This document shows positions 17,856-27,580 of a stretch of 64,000 bases of DNA, piece after piece. Under the pieces are notes generated by a model that saw only the letters and a program-made list of their open reading frames with translations, was not told the origin of the DNA and searched no databases. The translations under genes and the position numbers were made by a program. The stretch's first letter is position 1, and each line of letters opens with the position of its first letter. The stretch comes from Nitrospinales bacterium. GTDB lineage: Bacteria; Nitrospinota; Nitrospinia; Nitrospinales; VA-1. The DNA lies in the NCBI GenBank assembly GCA_965223345.1, contig CBDCWG010000012.1:1568001-1632000 (forward strand), read 5' to 3'.

Positions 17856-19631
17856 TCAATGGTGGTGGTAGGCCTGGCTCGCTCCCTGCGGGATGCGGAT
17901 GTCATCGACCAGATCCTGAATGTGGGCGGGCGGCGGCGGGGTGAACCGGCACACGATCAGCGAGGCGGCGAAGTTCAGCACCATGCCCAGAGTGCCGATG
18001 CCTTCCGGCGAGATGCCGAACCACCAGTTCTCCGGCTGGTTGCCCGCCGGATCGATGAACTTGAAATAGACGATGTAGGCGAGGGTGAAGCTGAGTCCTG
18101 TGATCATGCCTGTGATTGCGCCTTCGCGGTTCATGCGCTTGTAAAAAATTCCCATGAGGATGACGGGAAAGAACGAGGAGGCCGCCAGCCCGAAGGCGAA
18201 CGCCACCACCTGAGCCACGAAGCCCGGCGGGTGGATGCCGAACCAGCCCGCGATGCTGACGGCGCAGGCAGCGGACAGGCGCGCGAACATCAACTCCTGC
18301 CTGTCGGTGATTTCCGGCAGGAACACTTTTTTCATCAGGTCGTGCGAGATCGAGGTGGAGATGACGAGCAGCAGCCCCGCCGCCGTCGATAGCGCCGCGG
18401 CCAGCCCTCCCGCCGCGACCAGCGCGATCACCCAGGCCGGCAGGTCGGCGATCTCCGGGTTGGCGAGCACCATGATGTCGCGGTCGATATACAGCTCGTT
18501 GCCGTTGTCGGTGGGCGGGTTGTCGATCAGGCGCTGGCCGTTCTCGCCGCGTCCGCCGTTGAATTCGGGCTTGCCCTCGAACGCGGGTCCGGCGATGTAT
18601 TGAATCTTCCCGTCCGCATTTTTATCCGTCCAGGCGATCAGGCTGGTGTTCTCCCAGTTTTTGAACCATTCGGGGGTGGCCTGGTACTCGGCTTCCTGCA
18701 CGGTGTCGAGCAGGTTCACGCGCGCGAACGCGGCGACGGCCGGGGCGGTGGTGTAGAGGATGGCGATGAACACCAGCGCGTAGCCTGCGGAGATGCGGGC
18801 GTCGCGCACTTTGGGCACCGTGAAAAAACGCACGATGACGTGCGGCAGGCCGGCGGTGCCGATCATCAGCGCCGCGGTGATGAAAAACACATCGACGGTG
18901 GATTTTTTTCCGGCGGTGTAGGCGCCGAAGCCGAGCTGTTCGGACAATCCGTCGAGCTTGTCCAGAAGGTACATGCCCGAGCCGTCCGCAAGCTGGCTGC
19001 CGAAGCCGATCTGCGGGATCGGGTTGTGGGTCATCATGATGGAGATGAAGATCGCCGGCACCATGAACGCGAAGATCAGCACGCAGTACTGCGCCACCTG
19101 GGTGTAGGTGATGCCCTTCATGCCGCCGAGCACCGCATAGAAAAAGATGATGGCCATGCCGATCAGCACGCCGGTGTCGATGTCCACCTGCAGAAAGCGC
19201 GAGAAGACGATGCCCACGCCGCGCATCTGCCCGGCGACGTAGGTGAAGGAGATGAAGATCACGCAGACCACCGCCACCAGCCGGGCGATGTCCGAGTAGT
19301 AGCGGTCGCCGACAAAATCGGGAACGGTGAACTTGCCGAATTTCCTAAGATAGGGCGCGAGCAGCAGCGCCAACAGCACGTAGCCGCCGGTCCAGCCCAT
19401 CAGATAGACCGAGCCGTCGCGGCCGACGAAGGAGATGATGCCAGCCATGGAGATGAACGAGGCCGCCGACATCCAGTCCGCCGCCGTGGCCATGCCGTTG
19501 GCCAGGGGCGAGACGCCGCCGCCGGCGACGTAAAAATCCTCGGTGGACCCGGCGCGCGATTTGATGGCGATGCTGATGTACAGGGCGAAGGTGACGCCGA
19601 CGAAAATGTAGGTCAAGGTCTGGACATCCAT
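17856..19631 (-). CDS. Sodium:solute symporter (ActP-like), large subunit
   Basis: NGMATAADWMSAASF, GGMKGITYTQVAQY and GTAGLPHVIVRFFTV. Confidence 0.93.
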   Translation of the reverse strand: MDVQTLTYIFVGVTFALYISIAIKSRAGSTEDFYVAGGGVSPLANGMATAADWMSAASFISMAGIISFVGRDGSVYLMGWTGGYVLLALLLAPYLRKFGKFTVPDFVGDRYYSDIARLVAVVCVIFISFTYVAGQMRGVGIVFSRFLQVDIDTGVLIGMAIIFFYAVLGGMKGITYTQVAQYCVLIFAFMVPAIFISIMMTHNPIPQIGFGSQLADGSGMYLLDKLDGLSEQLGFGAYTAGKKSTVDVFFITAALMIGTAGLPHVIVRFFTVPKVRDARISAGYALVFIAILYTTAPAVAAFARVNLLDTVQEAEYQATPEWFKNWENTSLIAWTDKNADGKIQYIAGPAFEGKPEFNGGRGENGQRLIDNPPTDNGNELYIDRDIMVLANPEIADLPAWVIALVAAGGLAAALSTAAGLLLVISTSISHDLMKKVFLPEITDRQELMFARLSAACAVSIAGWFGIHPPGFVAQVVAFAFGLAASSFFPVILMGIFYKRMNREGAITGMITGLSFTLAYIVYFKFIDPAGNQPENWWFGISPEGIGTLGMVLNFAASLIVCRFTPPPPAHIQDLVDDIRIPQGASQAYHHH

Positions 19632-19671
19632 CCCGATTCTCTCCCGATGCGTTGCGTGCGTTTGCTGCGGA

Positions 19672-19965
19672 TCAATCCGCGTCGCGGTCTTCGTCCACGC
19701 CGTATTTGTGATCCAGTTTGTTCATTTTGTAGGCGTACACGAAGATGAGCGCCACGAACACGAAGATCGACCCCTGTTGCGCGAACCAGAAACCCAGGTT
19801 AAAACCGAAAAACCGGATCGAATCCAGCTCGTCCGCGAACAGGATGCCCATGCCGTAGGACACCAGAAACCAGATCGCAAGGAGGGACAGCACCGTGCGG
19901 ATGTTTTCCTTCCAGTAGGCCCGGGCCTTCGGACTGTGTGAAACGCCGCTTTTTGTTTCGTTCAT
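19672..19965 (-). CDS. DUF4212 small subunit associated with the solute symporter
   Basis: AYWKENIR and LGFWFAQQGSI; directly upstream of the symporter. Confidence 0.9.
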   Translation of the reverse strand: MNETKSGVSHSPKARAYWKENIRTVLSLLAIWFLVSYGMGILFADELDSIRFFGFNLGFWFAQQGSIFVFVALIFVYAYKMNKLDHKYGVDEDRDAD

Positions 19966-20033
19966 GTTTTGATTTTTTTATGAATCAGAATGCATGCTTC
20001 CGGAGTGAAGCGGGGCGAAGAGCGGGGGTGCCT

Positions 20034-20546
20034 TCAAAACTGCAGCAGAAAATCGTCATCCTGTTCCTCCTTCAGGTATTCGGGCAGTCGGGTTTTGTCG
20101 TCGGTCTGCGCCAGCTGGATCTGGTCGGTGCTCAACCCCGTCGCATCGCTCAGGTTGGCGCCTTTGAGGTTGGTCTGGTTGAACAGCACGTCCTCGTTGA
20201 ACTGCGCGCCGGTCAGATCGGCGTTGGAAAGATCGGCCCCTTGCAGGTTCGATTCGAGCAGCCCCGCGCCTTTGAGGCTGGCGTCTTTGAGATTGGCGCG
20301 TTGCAGGTTGGCCTCCTGCAGCTTGGCTTTGTCGAGCCGCGCCGCCTGCAAATCGGCGCCGCCCAGGTGGGTGAACTGCAGGCGCGTGCCGGTGAGCTTG
20401 GCGTTGTTCAGGTTTGCCTTCTGCAGTTTCTGGCCCCGAAGATCGGCCTGCGAGAGATCCGGCGTGACATCAGGATTGGCTTCCCGCCAGGCGTTCCAGG
20501 CCTCGACGCCCTGCTGGATGTGTTTCAGATGCTCTTCTTCAGCCAT
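20034..20546 (-). CDS. Pentapeptide-repeat protein
   Basis: GVEAWNAWR N-terminus followed by A(D/N)Lxx repeats. Confidence 0.92.
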   Translation of the reverse strand: MAEEEHLKHIQQGVEAWNAWREANPDVTPDLSQADLRGQKLQKANLNNAKLTGTRLQFTHLGGADLQAARLDKAKLQEANLQRANLKDASLKGAGLLESNLQGADLSNADLTGAQFNEDVLFNQTNLKGANLSDATGLSTDQIQLAQTDDKTRLPEYLKEEQDDDFLLQF

Positions 20547-20597
20547 GTATGCGACCTCGTTTGATTGCGATATTCTGTTCGTTGGCGATGGGGAGGG

Positions 20598-21704
20598 TCA
20601 CTTCACGCTTTGCGGGACCGATGCTGCTTTCGGGGCTTCGGTGAAATTGTACGCGAAGCAGCCGCTGGAGCAGCGCACCATGTAGTGCGGGCAGCTCCTG
20701 CAGGGTTCCTTGGCCTGGGTGTCTTCGAACACGTGGCTCAAAAAACGCGTGTGCATCTTTTTGATGGAAAGCTCGTTGACCTGATCGAAGTCGCGCACGT
20801 TGCCCATCTTGAAATTGTGGAACGGAAAACAGTTGAAGCAGTCGCCGTTGGCGTCGATGTCCATCGGGCTGTCGTCGGCGCAGCCGAAATAAAAATCCTT
20901 GTCCTTCCACTCGCGCATGTCGGGGACGGACTGGCTGCCGTGATAGAGAAACCGCTCGACCAGCGGGTATTCCTCCTCTTCGATCTCATCCAGCAGGCAG
21001 GGCGGAAACGAGCAGTCGAAACGGAAGCTCATCTGCGGAAATTCGTTGAGCAGGTCGAGCATCATGCGGCCCATTTTGGGGTAGTCGCGGATCGGCAGGG
21101 CGACGTTGTCCTGCTCGCCGACGATGGGAAACGCCGGGCTGACCCGGATTTTGTAGCGCTGCCCCGGCGGCAGGCCCATGTCCTGGTAGATCTCGTCGAT
21201 TTCCCGGCATTGCGTGTAGAGGTCCTGCTGGATCGAATACAGGTTGAGGCTGAACATCAGGCTGAAGCCGTTTTTGCCGATGATCGCCTCGGCCACCTCG
21301 CGGCAGCGGGCGTGGTTTTTTTCGCTGATGTTTTCCATGGTCTGCCAGTTCAACAGCACGGTGAAGGTGACCTGGCGGTCCAGCGCGCCTTTGGGATCGA
21401 CGGTGTCCAGCAGCAACTCCAGCGCCTTGTCCGGCATCAGCCCGTTGGTGAAAATCCCCAGATAGGTGAACGGCTGCATGTTCTCCAGGGTGCGGGTGAA
21501 AATTTCCGTGAAACGCGGATGCAACGTCGGTTCGCCGCCCATGAAGTTGATCAGGGTGGCGCTTTTGATCCGCGGCAGCAGCTCGTTGGTGAAAAAATCG
21601 AAATCCATGGATTTTCCCGGCGTCTTGACGGTCTCTTCCATGTATTCGTCCGCAAAGCAGTAATTGCATTTGAGATTGCAATAGCTGTTGAGAATGATGT
21701 TCAT
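20598..21704 (-). CDS. Radical SAM protein with SPASM-type C-terminal Cys cluster
   Basis: CNLKCNYC, GGEPTLHP and FTNG; C-terminal GC...DGDCFNC-like segment and CRSC...CSSGC. Confidence 0.9.
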   Translation of the reverse strand: MNIILNSYCNLKCNYCFADEYMEETVKTPGKSMDFDFFTNELLPRIKSATLINFMGGEPTLHPRFTEIFTRTLENMQPFTYLGIFTNGLMPDKALELLLDTVDPKGALDRQVTFTVLLNWQTMENISEKNHARCREVAEAIIGKNGFSLMFSLNLYSIQQDLYTQCREIDEIYQDMGLPPGQRYKIRVSPAFPIVGEQDNVALPIRDYPKMGRMMLDLLNEFPQMSFRFDCSFPPCLLDEIEEEEYPLVERFLYHGSQSVPDMREWKDKDFYFGCADDSPMDIDANGDCFNCFPFHNFKMGNVRDFDQVNELSIKKMHTRFLSHVFEDTQAKEPCRSCPHYMVRCSSGCFAYNFTEAPKAASVPQSVK

Positions 21705-22042
21705 GGCCTTCCTCCCTTCAGGAGGCGGGGGTGCGCTGTCGGCGTCGCAAGCCTGGCTGCGGAGCCCGGATCCGGGGTTGATATTGCGTGCGCCCCGGGT
21801 TTGCGTCGGAGCGGCACCCTGGGGGATGGATTTCTTGTTTCAATAATATAGGCAATTCCCGGTAAAAGGGGTGATTTTTTCCTGCAAGGGTCCGAAAACC
21901 CACCGCTTTCGGCATGAGGAATCGCACCCTGGCCTTCGATTTGCCGGTGTGCCCCGAGCTTGACTTGTCGCAGGAATTTCAATAACCTTAAACCAATCCC
22001 CGAGCCGGTCCTCAAGGACCGAATCCCTATGACGAGGCCACC

Positions 22043-22921
22043 ATGTTAGCGTTCGCGAAAGACATCACCCAAAACAAGCCGAAACACCCCGAAGAGGACA
22101 AAAACGACGAACTGAAGCAATACATGGAATACCAGCGCAAGCTGGATCACGAGCGCCTCGTGTACCATTCGCTGGATCACGCCAAAACCTACCTGCACGA
22201 GAACATCCAGAAGTGCGCCGGGGATACGGAGAAACTGAACGCCTATCTGAAAAAGGCGTTCCCGATTTCCCACCGTTTCGCGGACGGCGACGGGCTGATG
22301 CTGATGCTCCGAAAACTGGTGAACGGGCACAACTCCACCAACAACTGGTACCGCATGAACAGCTACTACCACGCGGTGGTGTACGACTGCATGCAGCGCT
22401 TCGTGAAGATCTACAACCGCCTGCTCAAGGAGTATCCGGAGAAAGCGAAGGAGTACCGGGTGTCCGAGGGCGTGGAGGTGGATTTCGACGACTGGGTGTT
22501 CCTCTATTTTCCCGACCTGGATTTTCACATCGGTAAGCCGCTGGAATACACGCATTATCCCTTCGCCAAGCGCAACAAGGCCATCGAGGAAGAGGTGGAC
22601 AAGGAAGTGGCCGCCGGCAAATCCCGCGAGGAGGCCTTGAACGCCATCAAAGAGGACTACGAGATCGACGAAATGTCGATCAAGGCGCTGCTCAACAAAC
22701 CGATCACCCAGAAGGACCTCGAATTGTTCTACACCTCGGTGGAAAACCCGATCTACGAATACCTGATGCCCAAGCAGGAAGGGCGCTGGGGCTTCATGGA
22801 CGGAGAATCCCTGCTCGATCATTCCTACTACATGGGCTCGCAGCTCAAAGTCTGGGTCTGGAGAAAGCGCGAAGAGGCTGAAGCGCTGATGGAAGAGATC
22901 ACCAAAGCCCAGAATAAATAA
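22043..22921 (+). CDS. Hypothetical protein
   Basis: 292-aa ORF with native codon usage and GAGG RBS; no motif recognised. Confidence 0.8.
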   Translation: MLAFAKDITQNKPKHPEEDKNDELKQYMEYQRKLDHERLVYHSLDHAKTYLHENIQKCAGDTEKLNAYLKKAFPISHRFADGDGLMLMLRKLVNGHNSTNNWYRMNSYYHAVVYDCMQRFVKIYNRLLKEYPEKAKEYRVSEGVEVDFDDWVFLYFPDLDFHIGKPLEYTHYPFAKRNKAIEEEVDKEVAAGKSREEALNAIKEDYEIDEMSIKALLNKPITQKDLELFYTSVENPIYEYLMPKQEGRWGFMDGESLLDHSYYMGSQLKVWVWRKREEAEALMEEITKAQNK

Positions 22922-23141
22922 GGCCTTACCCCGCTTCTCCCTGTTCTTTCTGCTCCCCCTGCGTTTCGTCGTATTTCTACTACAAAAATACTGAGAGTCG
23001 GCCAGCCTTCTTTGGCATTCCCCGCGATATTTTTTTGCCTTCCCAGGGGCTATTTTGGAGTTGTCATTGAGAATGAATGCAACAGCGACAACTCGAACGG
23101 ACCATTTCAAAAAATTTCTACCGACAGCGAAGGAGAAAACC

Positions 23142-23537
23142 ATGAGTTTTGGAAAGATCATGATTGTGGACGACGAACAGGAGGTCCGGGAGGCCCTCAA
23201 ATTGAACCTCGAGGGTCAGAACTACCATTTTGTCGAAGCCGAAAACGGCGAAGAAGCCGTGCAGAAGCTGAAATCCGAGGACAATCTGGTGAACGTGGGC
23301 CTGATTCTGTGCGACATCAACATGCCGAAAGTGGATGGCGTGGGCTGCATTCAGTACATCCGCAAAGAGGCGCCGGGGATCCCGATCGTGGTTGTTTCCG
23401 GAAACGACAACACGCAGCAAGCCGTGTCTCTCATGCAAATGGGAGTGAAGGAATATCTGAAAAAGCCGGTGGAACGGGAGAACCTGCGTAGCACGGTTCA
23501 CAAGTACGTCTCGGCCGGCAAGGACATCGGTCTTTAA
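23142..23537 (+). CDS. Single-domain response regulator
   Basis: IMIVDDE, CDINMPKVDG and YLKKP; AAGGAG RBS. Confidence 0.9.
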   Translation: MSFGKIMIVDDEQEVREALKLNLEGQNYHFVEAENGEEAVQKLKSEDNLVNVGLILCDINMPKVDGVGCIQYIRKEAPGIPIVVVSGNDNTQQAVSLMQMGVKEYLKKPVERENLRSTVHKYVSAGKDIGL

Positions 23538-23653
23538 CGGAATGGCAGGGCCCGCCGATTCCGGTTCTCTAAATAAATCCCGGCGGATCTGTTGAGATAA
23601 GGAATTGGCGGGTTCTTGCCGGAAGCAAACATTCTACAGAAAAGGAGGGCAAC

Positions 23654-24049
23654 ATGGAAAAGGGAAAAATCATGATCGTCGATGACGAGCGCGAATCGAG
23701 AGAAGCCATGAAGCTGCATCTGCTGCAGGATCACTACAACATCGTGGAGGCCGAAGACGGCGCCGACGCGGTGCGGAAGCTGGAATCCGGCGACAACCTG
23801 GTGAACCTGGGTTTGATCCTGTGCGACATCAACATGCCGAAGGTGAACGGACTGGAGTGCATGCACTACATCCGCGAAAACGCGCCCGGCATTCCCATCG
23901 TCGCCATCACCGGCCATCCGGATACGGGCATGGCCACGGATTTGATGACGCACGGAATCAAGGATTATTTGATCAAACCGATCGATCGGGAAAAACTGCG
24001 CAGCACGGTGAAAAAGCTCGTGAACGCAGGCAAGGACATCGACTATTGA
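23654..24049 (+). CDS. Single-domain response regulator (tandem paralog)
   Basis: IMIVDDE, CDINMPKVNG and YLIKP; AGGAGG RBS. Confidence 0.9.
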   Translation: MEKGKIMIVDDERESREAMKLHLLQDHYNIVEAEDGADAVRKLESGDNLVNLGLILCDINMPKVNGLECMHYIRENAPGIPIVAITGHPDTGMATDLMTHGIKDYLIKPIDREKLRSTVKKLVNAGKDIDY

Positions 24050-24059
24050 GGCTCCGCGG

Positions 24060-24094
24060 CCGCCCCGGTTTTCGCTTGCGAAAAACCGGGGCGG
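24060..24094 (+). terminator. GC-rich hairpin after the receiver gene
   Basis: CCGCCCCGGTTTTCGC / GCGAAAAACCGGGGCGG; no U-tract. Confidence 0.45.
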
Positions 24095-24178
24095 ATGAGG
24101 TGCGGACACCTCAACTGCGGATTAAATTATTAGTGGAACCATTATTAATGGAACCTTAACTCGGGAGGCTTGAGAGCC

Positions 24179-24397
24179 ATGAAATGCAACGTTGGAAAAA
24201 CAGATCGGATTTTCAGAGTGGTTGCCGGCGTGTTGTTGATCGGCGCCGGATTTGTCACGGGGGGTACGGCGGGTTGGGTCATGGGTATCGTCGGCCTGGT
24301 TCCCCTGTTTACGGGAATGGTCGGCTACTGCCCGGCGTACTCCCTGTTTAAGATCGACTCCTGCAAAGGCCGGGGCACGCCCCTGCATCATTCTTAA
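24179..24397 (+). CDS. DUF2892 (YgaP-like) small membrane protein
   Basis: NVGKTDRIFR...GYCPAYSLF. Confidence 0.88.
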   Translation: MKCNVGKTDRIFRVVAGVLLIGAGFVTGGTAGWVMGIVGLVPLFTGMVGYCPAYSLFKIDSCKGRGTPLHHS

Positions 24398-24406
24398 GGA
24401 GCGGTC

Positions 24407-25693
24407 ATGAACCGGAACGTATCCGAAGACAAGCAGCATTTTTTTGAGGAAGCGGAAAAGGAAATCCGCCGCCGGACTGAGGAATACAAGGTCCTGCACG
24501 AGGTGGCCAAGATCCTGCACAACGCGGACGGTCTGGAGCCCATGCTGAAGAAGGTGATGATCGCCTTGACCCGGTTCAAGGAGCTGGAAGTGGAGTACAA
24601 GGCGGGCATCTTCCTGGCGGACGAGGACAAAAAAGTGCTGCGGTTGTTCTGCACGGTGGGGGATTTCACAGAGGAGTTTTTGGAGAAAGAGCGTGAAATC
24701 CCCTACGGCGCCTGTTTGTGCGGCCGGGCCGCGGTCTCGGGAGAGATGCTGATCAGCAACAGCTGCTTCAAGGACCAGCGGCACGAGCACAAATTCGACG
24801 GCATGACGGAACACGGGCATTACATCGTACCGCTCAAAAGCCAGAACAAGATGGTGGGCGTGCTGTTTTTGTACACGGACGAGAACCCGCCCTGGTATGT
24901 GCGCAGCGAGGAAATCCTGCTTTCGATCGGAGGGCTGATCGGCGACGCCGTCGTCTCCAAACAGCGGCAGCAGGAAATCCATGAAAAAAATGAAAAGCTT
25001 AAGGAACTCAACGAAACGAAGAACCGGTTTCTGGGCATCGCCTCGCACGATCTGCGCAATCCGCTTTATCTGATCCGTTCGTTCAGCGAAGTCATGATGG
25101 ACGGGACGGTCGGTGAGGTCACCGAAAAACAGAAGGAGCTTCTGGGGAAGATTTTCAACGCCAGCAATTTCATGCGCGGTCTGTTGAACAACCTTCTGGA
25201 TATCTCCAAGATCGAAAGCGGCAAGATCGACCTGGACAAAAAAGTTCAGGATCTCAACCAAACGGCGAAGCAGCAGATCGAACTCAACCGGCTGCTGGCC
25301 GACAAAAAGCAGATCACGATCGAAGCCCGGCTCGGGGAAGTGCCGCCGGTTGCCTACGACCAGGATGCGATCACGCAGGTCATGGGCAATTTCATCGGCA
25401 ATGCGGTCAAATTTTCTCCGCCGCAGTCGAAGATCCAGGTGATCACGAACCATTGCAAGGATCACATCCGGTTTTCAGTGGTCGATGAAGGCCCGGGACT
25501 TTCCGAGGAAGATCAGAAACTGCTGTTCAAGGAGTTTCAGACTCTGAGCACCAAACCGACCGGCGGCGAGAAATCGACCGGCCTGGGGCTGGCCATCACC
25601 AAAAAGCTGATTCATCTGCACGCCGGTGAGGTGGGAGCGGTCAGCGAGCTGGGGAAGGGCAGCGAGTTTTATTTCACCCTGCCTTTGAATTGA
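24407..25693 (+). CDS. Cytoplasmic GAF-domain sensor histidine kinase
   Basis: GAF (GACLCGRAA, VPLKS...GVL), ASHDLRNPL, NAVKFS, DEGPG and GLGLAI. Confidence 0.92.
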   Translation: MNRNVSEDKQHFFEEAEKEIRRRTEEYKVLHEVAKILHNADGLEPMLKKVMIALTRFKELEVEYKAGIFLADEDKKVLRLFCTVGDFTEEFLEKEREIPYGACLCGRAAVSGEMLISNSCFKDQRHEHKFDGMTEHGHYIVPLKSQNKMVGVLFLYTDENPPWYVRSEEILLSIGGLIGDAVVSKQRQQEIHEKNEKLKELNETKNRFLGIASHDLRNPLYLIRSFSEVMMDGTVGEVTEKQKELLGKIFNASNFMRGLLNNLLDISKIESGKIDLDKKVQDLNQTAKQQIELNRLLADKKQITIEARLGEVPPVAYDQDAITQVMGNFIGNAVKFSPPQSKIQVITNHCKDHIRFSVVDEGPGLSEEDQKLLFKEFQTLSTKPTGGEKSTGLGLAITKKLIHLHAGEVGAVSELGKGSEFYFTLPLN

Positions 25694-25739
25694 AGCGAAC
25701 CTCGAGGGAGGAAAAACCATTCAACTCTTGGAGGGAACG

Positions 25740-26315
25740 ATGCATCGATCGCAAGCAGCAAGGTATTTCGGAGGTTTTTTCCTGTTCATCGCCGTCGGCC
25801 TGACGGCCGGGGCCGCCCAGGCGGAACCGGTCATGGCGACCGCCGACATCACGGGGTGTACGGACAAAAACATCCAGGGGACCGGAACCCTGATCGAGAG
25901 GGAATCCGCAGAAGGCATCAAGGAAGTGGACGTGTCTCTGATCGTGAAGGGACTCACGGACGGAAAGCACGCGGTGCACATCCATGAGACCGCCGCCTGC
26001 GAGCCCTGCGGCGCCGCCAAGGGGCACCACGATCCCGGACCCAACAGCAACTCCAAGCCGGACGCTCCCAGCTTCAACCATCCTTACCACATGGGAGATC
26101 TGGTGAACATGGAGGTCAAGGACGGACTCGGTGTGATGACCACGACGACCAACCGCATCACGCTTTCAGATGGACGGCTCAGCATCTTCGATGGGGACGG
26201 CGCGTCTTTCATCATCCACACGAATGAAGACAAATACTGCGATGAGGAAGGAGAACTGCAAAAAGGCTGCGCGGGCGGGTCCCGCGATGCCTGCGGCATC
26301 ATAAAACGGCGCTGA
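25740..26315 (+). CDS. sodC: Periplasmic Cu/Zn superoxide dismutase
   Basis: Signal peptide; metal-ligand motifs HIH, GH, H.GDL.N, IIH and R.ACG all present. Confidence 0.88.
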   Translation: MHRSQAARYFGGFFLFIAVGLTAGAAQAEPVMATADITGCTDKNIQGTGTLIERESAEGIKEVDVSLIVKGLTDGKHAVHIHETAACEPCGAAKGHHDPGPNSNSKPDAPSFNHPYHMGDLVNMEVKDGLGVMTTTTNRITLSDGRLSIFDGDGASFIIHTNEDKYCDEEGELQKGCAGGSRDACGIIKRR

Positions 26316-26360
26316 TTTCCCGTCTGCTTCACCCCCGAGGGGCAGACGGGAATTCGCAGG

Positions 26361-26396
26361 GGGCCCGTGGAATCTGTTCCACGGGCCTTTTTTTTT
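26361..26396 (+). terminator. Rho-independent terminator
   Basis: GGCCCGTGGAA/TTCCACGGGCC stem followed by a T9 run. Confidence 0.85.
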
Positions 26397-26717
26397 GTTT
26401 TATGCCGGGCCGTTTTCAGTCGGAGTCTCGACCGGATTGCCTGCAGAACACGGTTTGTCAACGGTTTTGCGGTTGCTGTTCGATGCCTTTGGCCCGGCAC
26501 AAACGACCGGCTCGGGTTGATTTTTATCTTTCCGGTGCGTGTGTCTGCCGATCGGTGTTATTGGGTGTCCGGTTTTTTGTTCGGGCAAGTGATAGAGAAA
26601 AAAAGAAATAGCGCAAATGGAGTGAATTGCGGGTTGAAAATCGTCCGGCAATATTTCACACTAGTCGCTTCCGTTCACGCATCGTGGTGTCAAAACCGGA
26701 CCCAGTAGACCATCGTT

Positions 26718-27335
26718 ATGGACTCAGACCTTTTTATCGTTGGCGTCGGAGTGCTTTTGGCGCTCATTTTGTTTCTGGGCTATTCCCGCTCGGATTGGAG
26801 AAACGAGACGAAGCGGGTGAACTTCCGCTATTCGCTGCTGCCTCCCGAGGAAAAACTGATCTACCTGGCCGAGCACGAGATGGACATCAGCGAGATGAAC
26901 CGGCTCGTCAAAGTGGCGCGGGGAAATTATCAGAGCGCCACGGACGGGATTTCCCCGATCATGGCGACGGTGCGCAAACTGCCGGGCCGGAAGGACGTGT
27001 CTCCGCTTCGGCGTTTGAAAATCCTGTGCAAGCTCGCACAAAGGATGCCTGAGGACCAACTGCGCGACGCGCTGAACCTGCAGGATCACCGCGGCTACAC
27101 AGCTCTCATGCACGCTGTGGAAAGCTCGGACGAAGAGGGTGTGCGCCTGCTTCTGTACCTGGGAGCGGATAAAACGATAAAAAACAACAAGGGGGAGACG
27201 GCGTCCACGATCGCCCGGTCGCACCCCGCCATTTCCGAGCTGATGACGCTGGACGAGGGCGAGGGCCGGCCCGACATCCTCGACCCCAAACTCGCCAAGT
27301 TGTTGAAATCCTTCAAAGGCAGCCTCACAAACTGA
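26718..27335 (+). CDS. Membrane-anchored ankyrin-repeat protein
   Basis: N-terminal TM; ankyrin pattern GYTALMHAV...VRLLLYLGAD...KGETA. Confidence 0.82.
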   Translation: MDSDLFIVGVGVLLALILFLGYSRSDWRNETKRVNFRYSLLPPEEKLIYLAEHEMDISEMNRLVKVARGNYQSATDGISPIMATVRKLPGRKDVSPLRRLKILCKLAQRMPEDQLRDALNLQDHRGYTALMHAVESSDEEGVRLLLYLGADKTIKNNKGETASTIARSHPAISELMTLDEGEGRPDILDPKLAKLLKSFKGSLTN

Positions 27336-27580
27336 GATTTTCCTCCCCGCATTCTCACACGGCTTTTCTCTTTCCCGTTCGCACTGAAATAGTAACCCTC
27401 TGATTTTAAACCCTGTTTCCCATGCAGGAGGATGCGGGTGACCGGGGTCACAGGGAAATGTGATTTTGTTCTATTTGTTTTTGTTGTGGGCGAAATTATT
27501 ATTATTTTCCCAAACTCAGTTCACAATCCAAAAATACTTTTACTGTTAAAAAAATCGTAACAGGCCTTTCGGTGGGGGTT

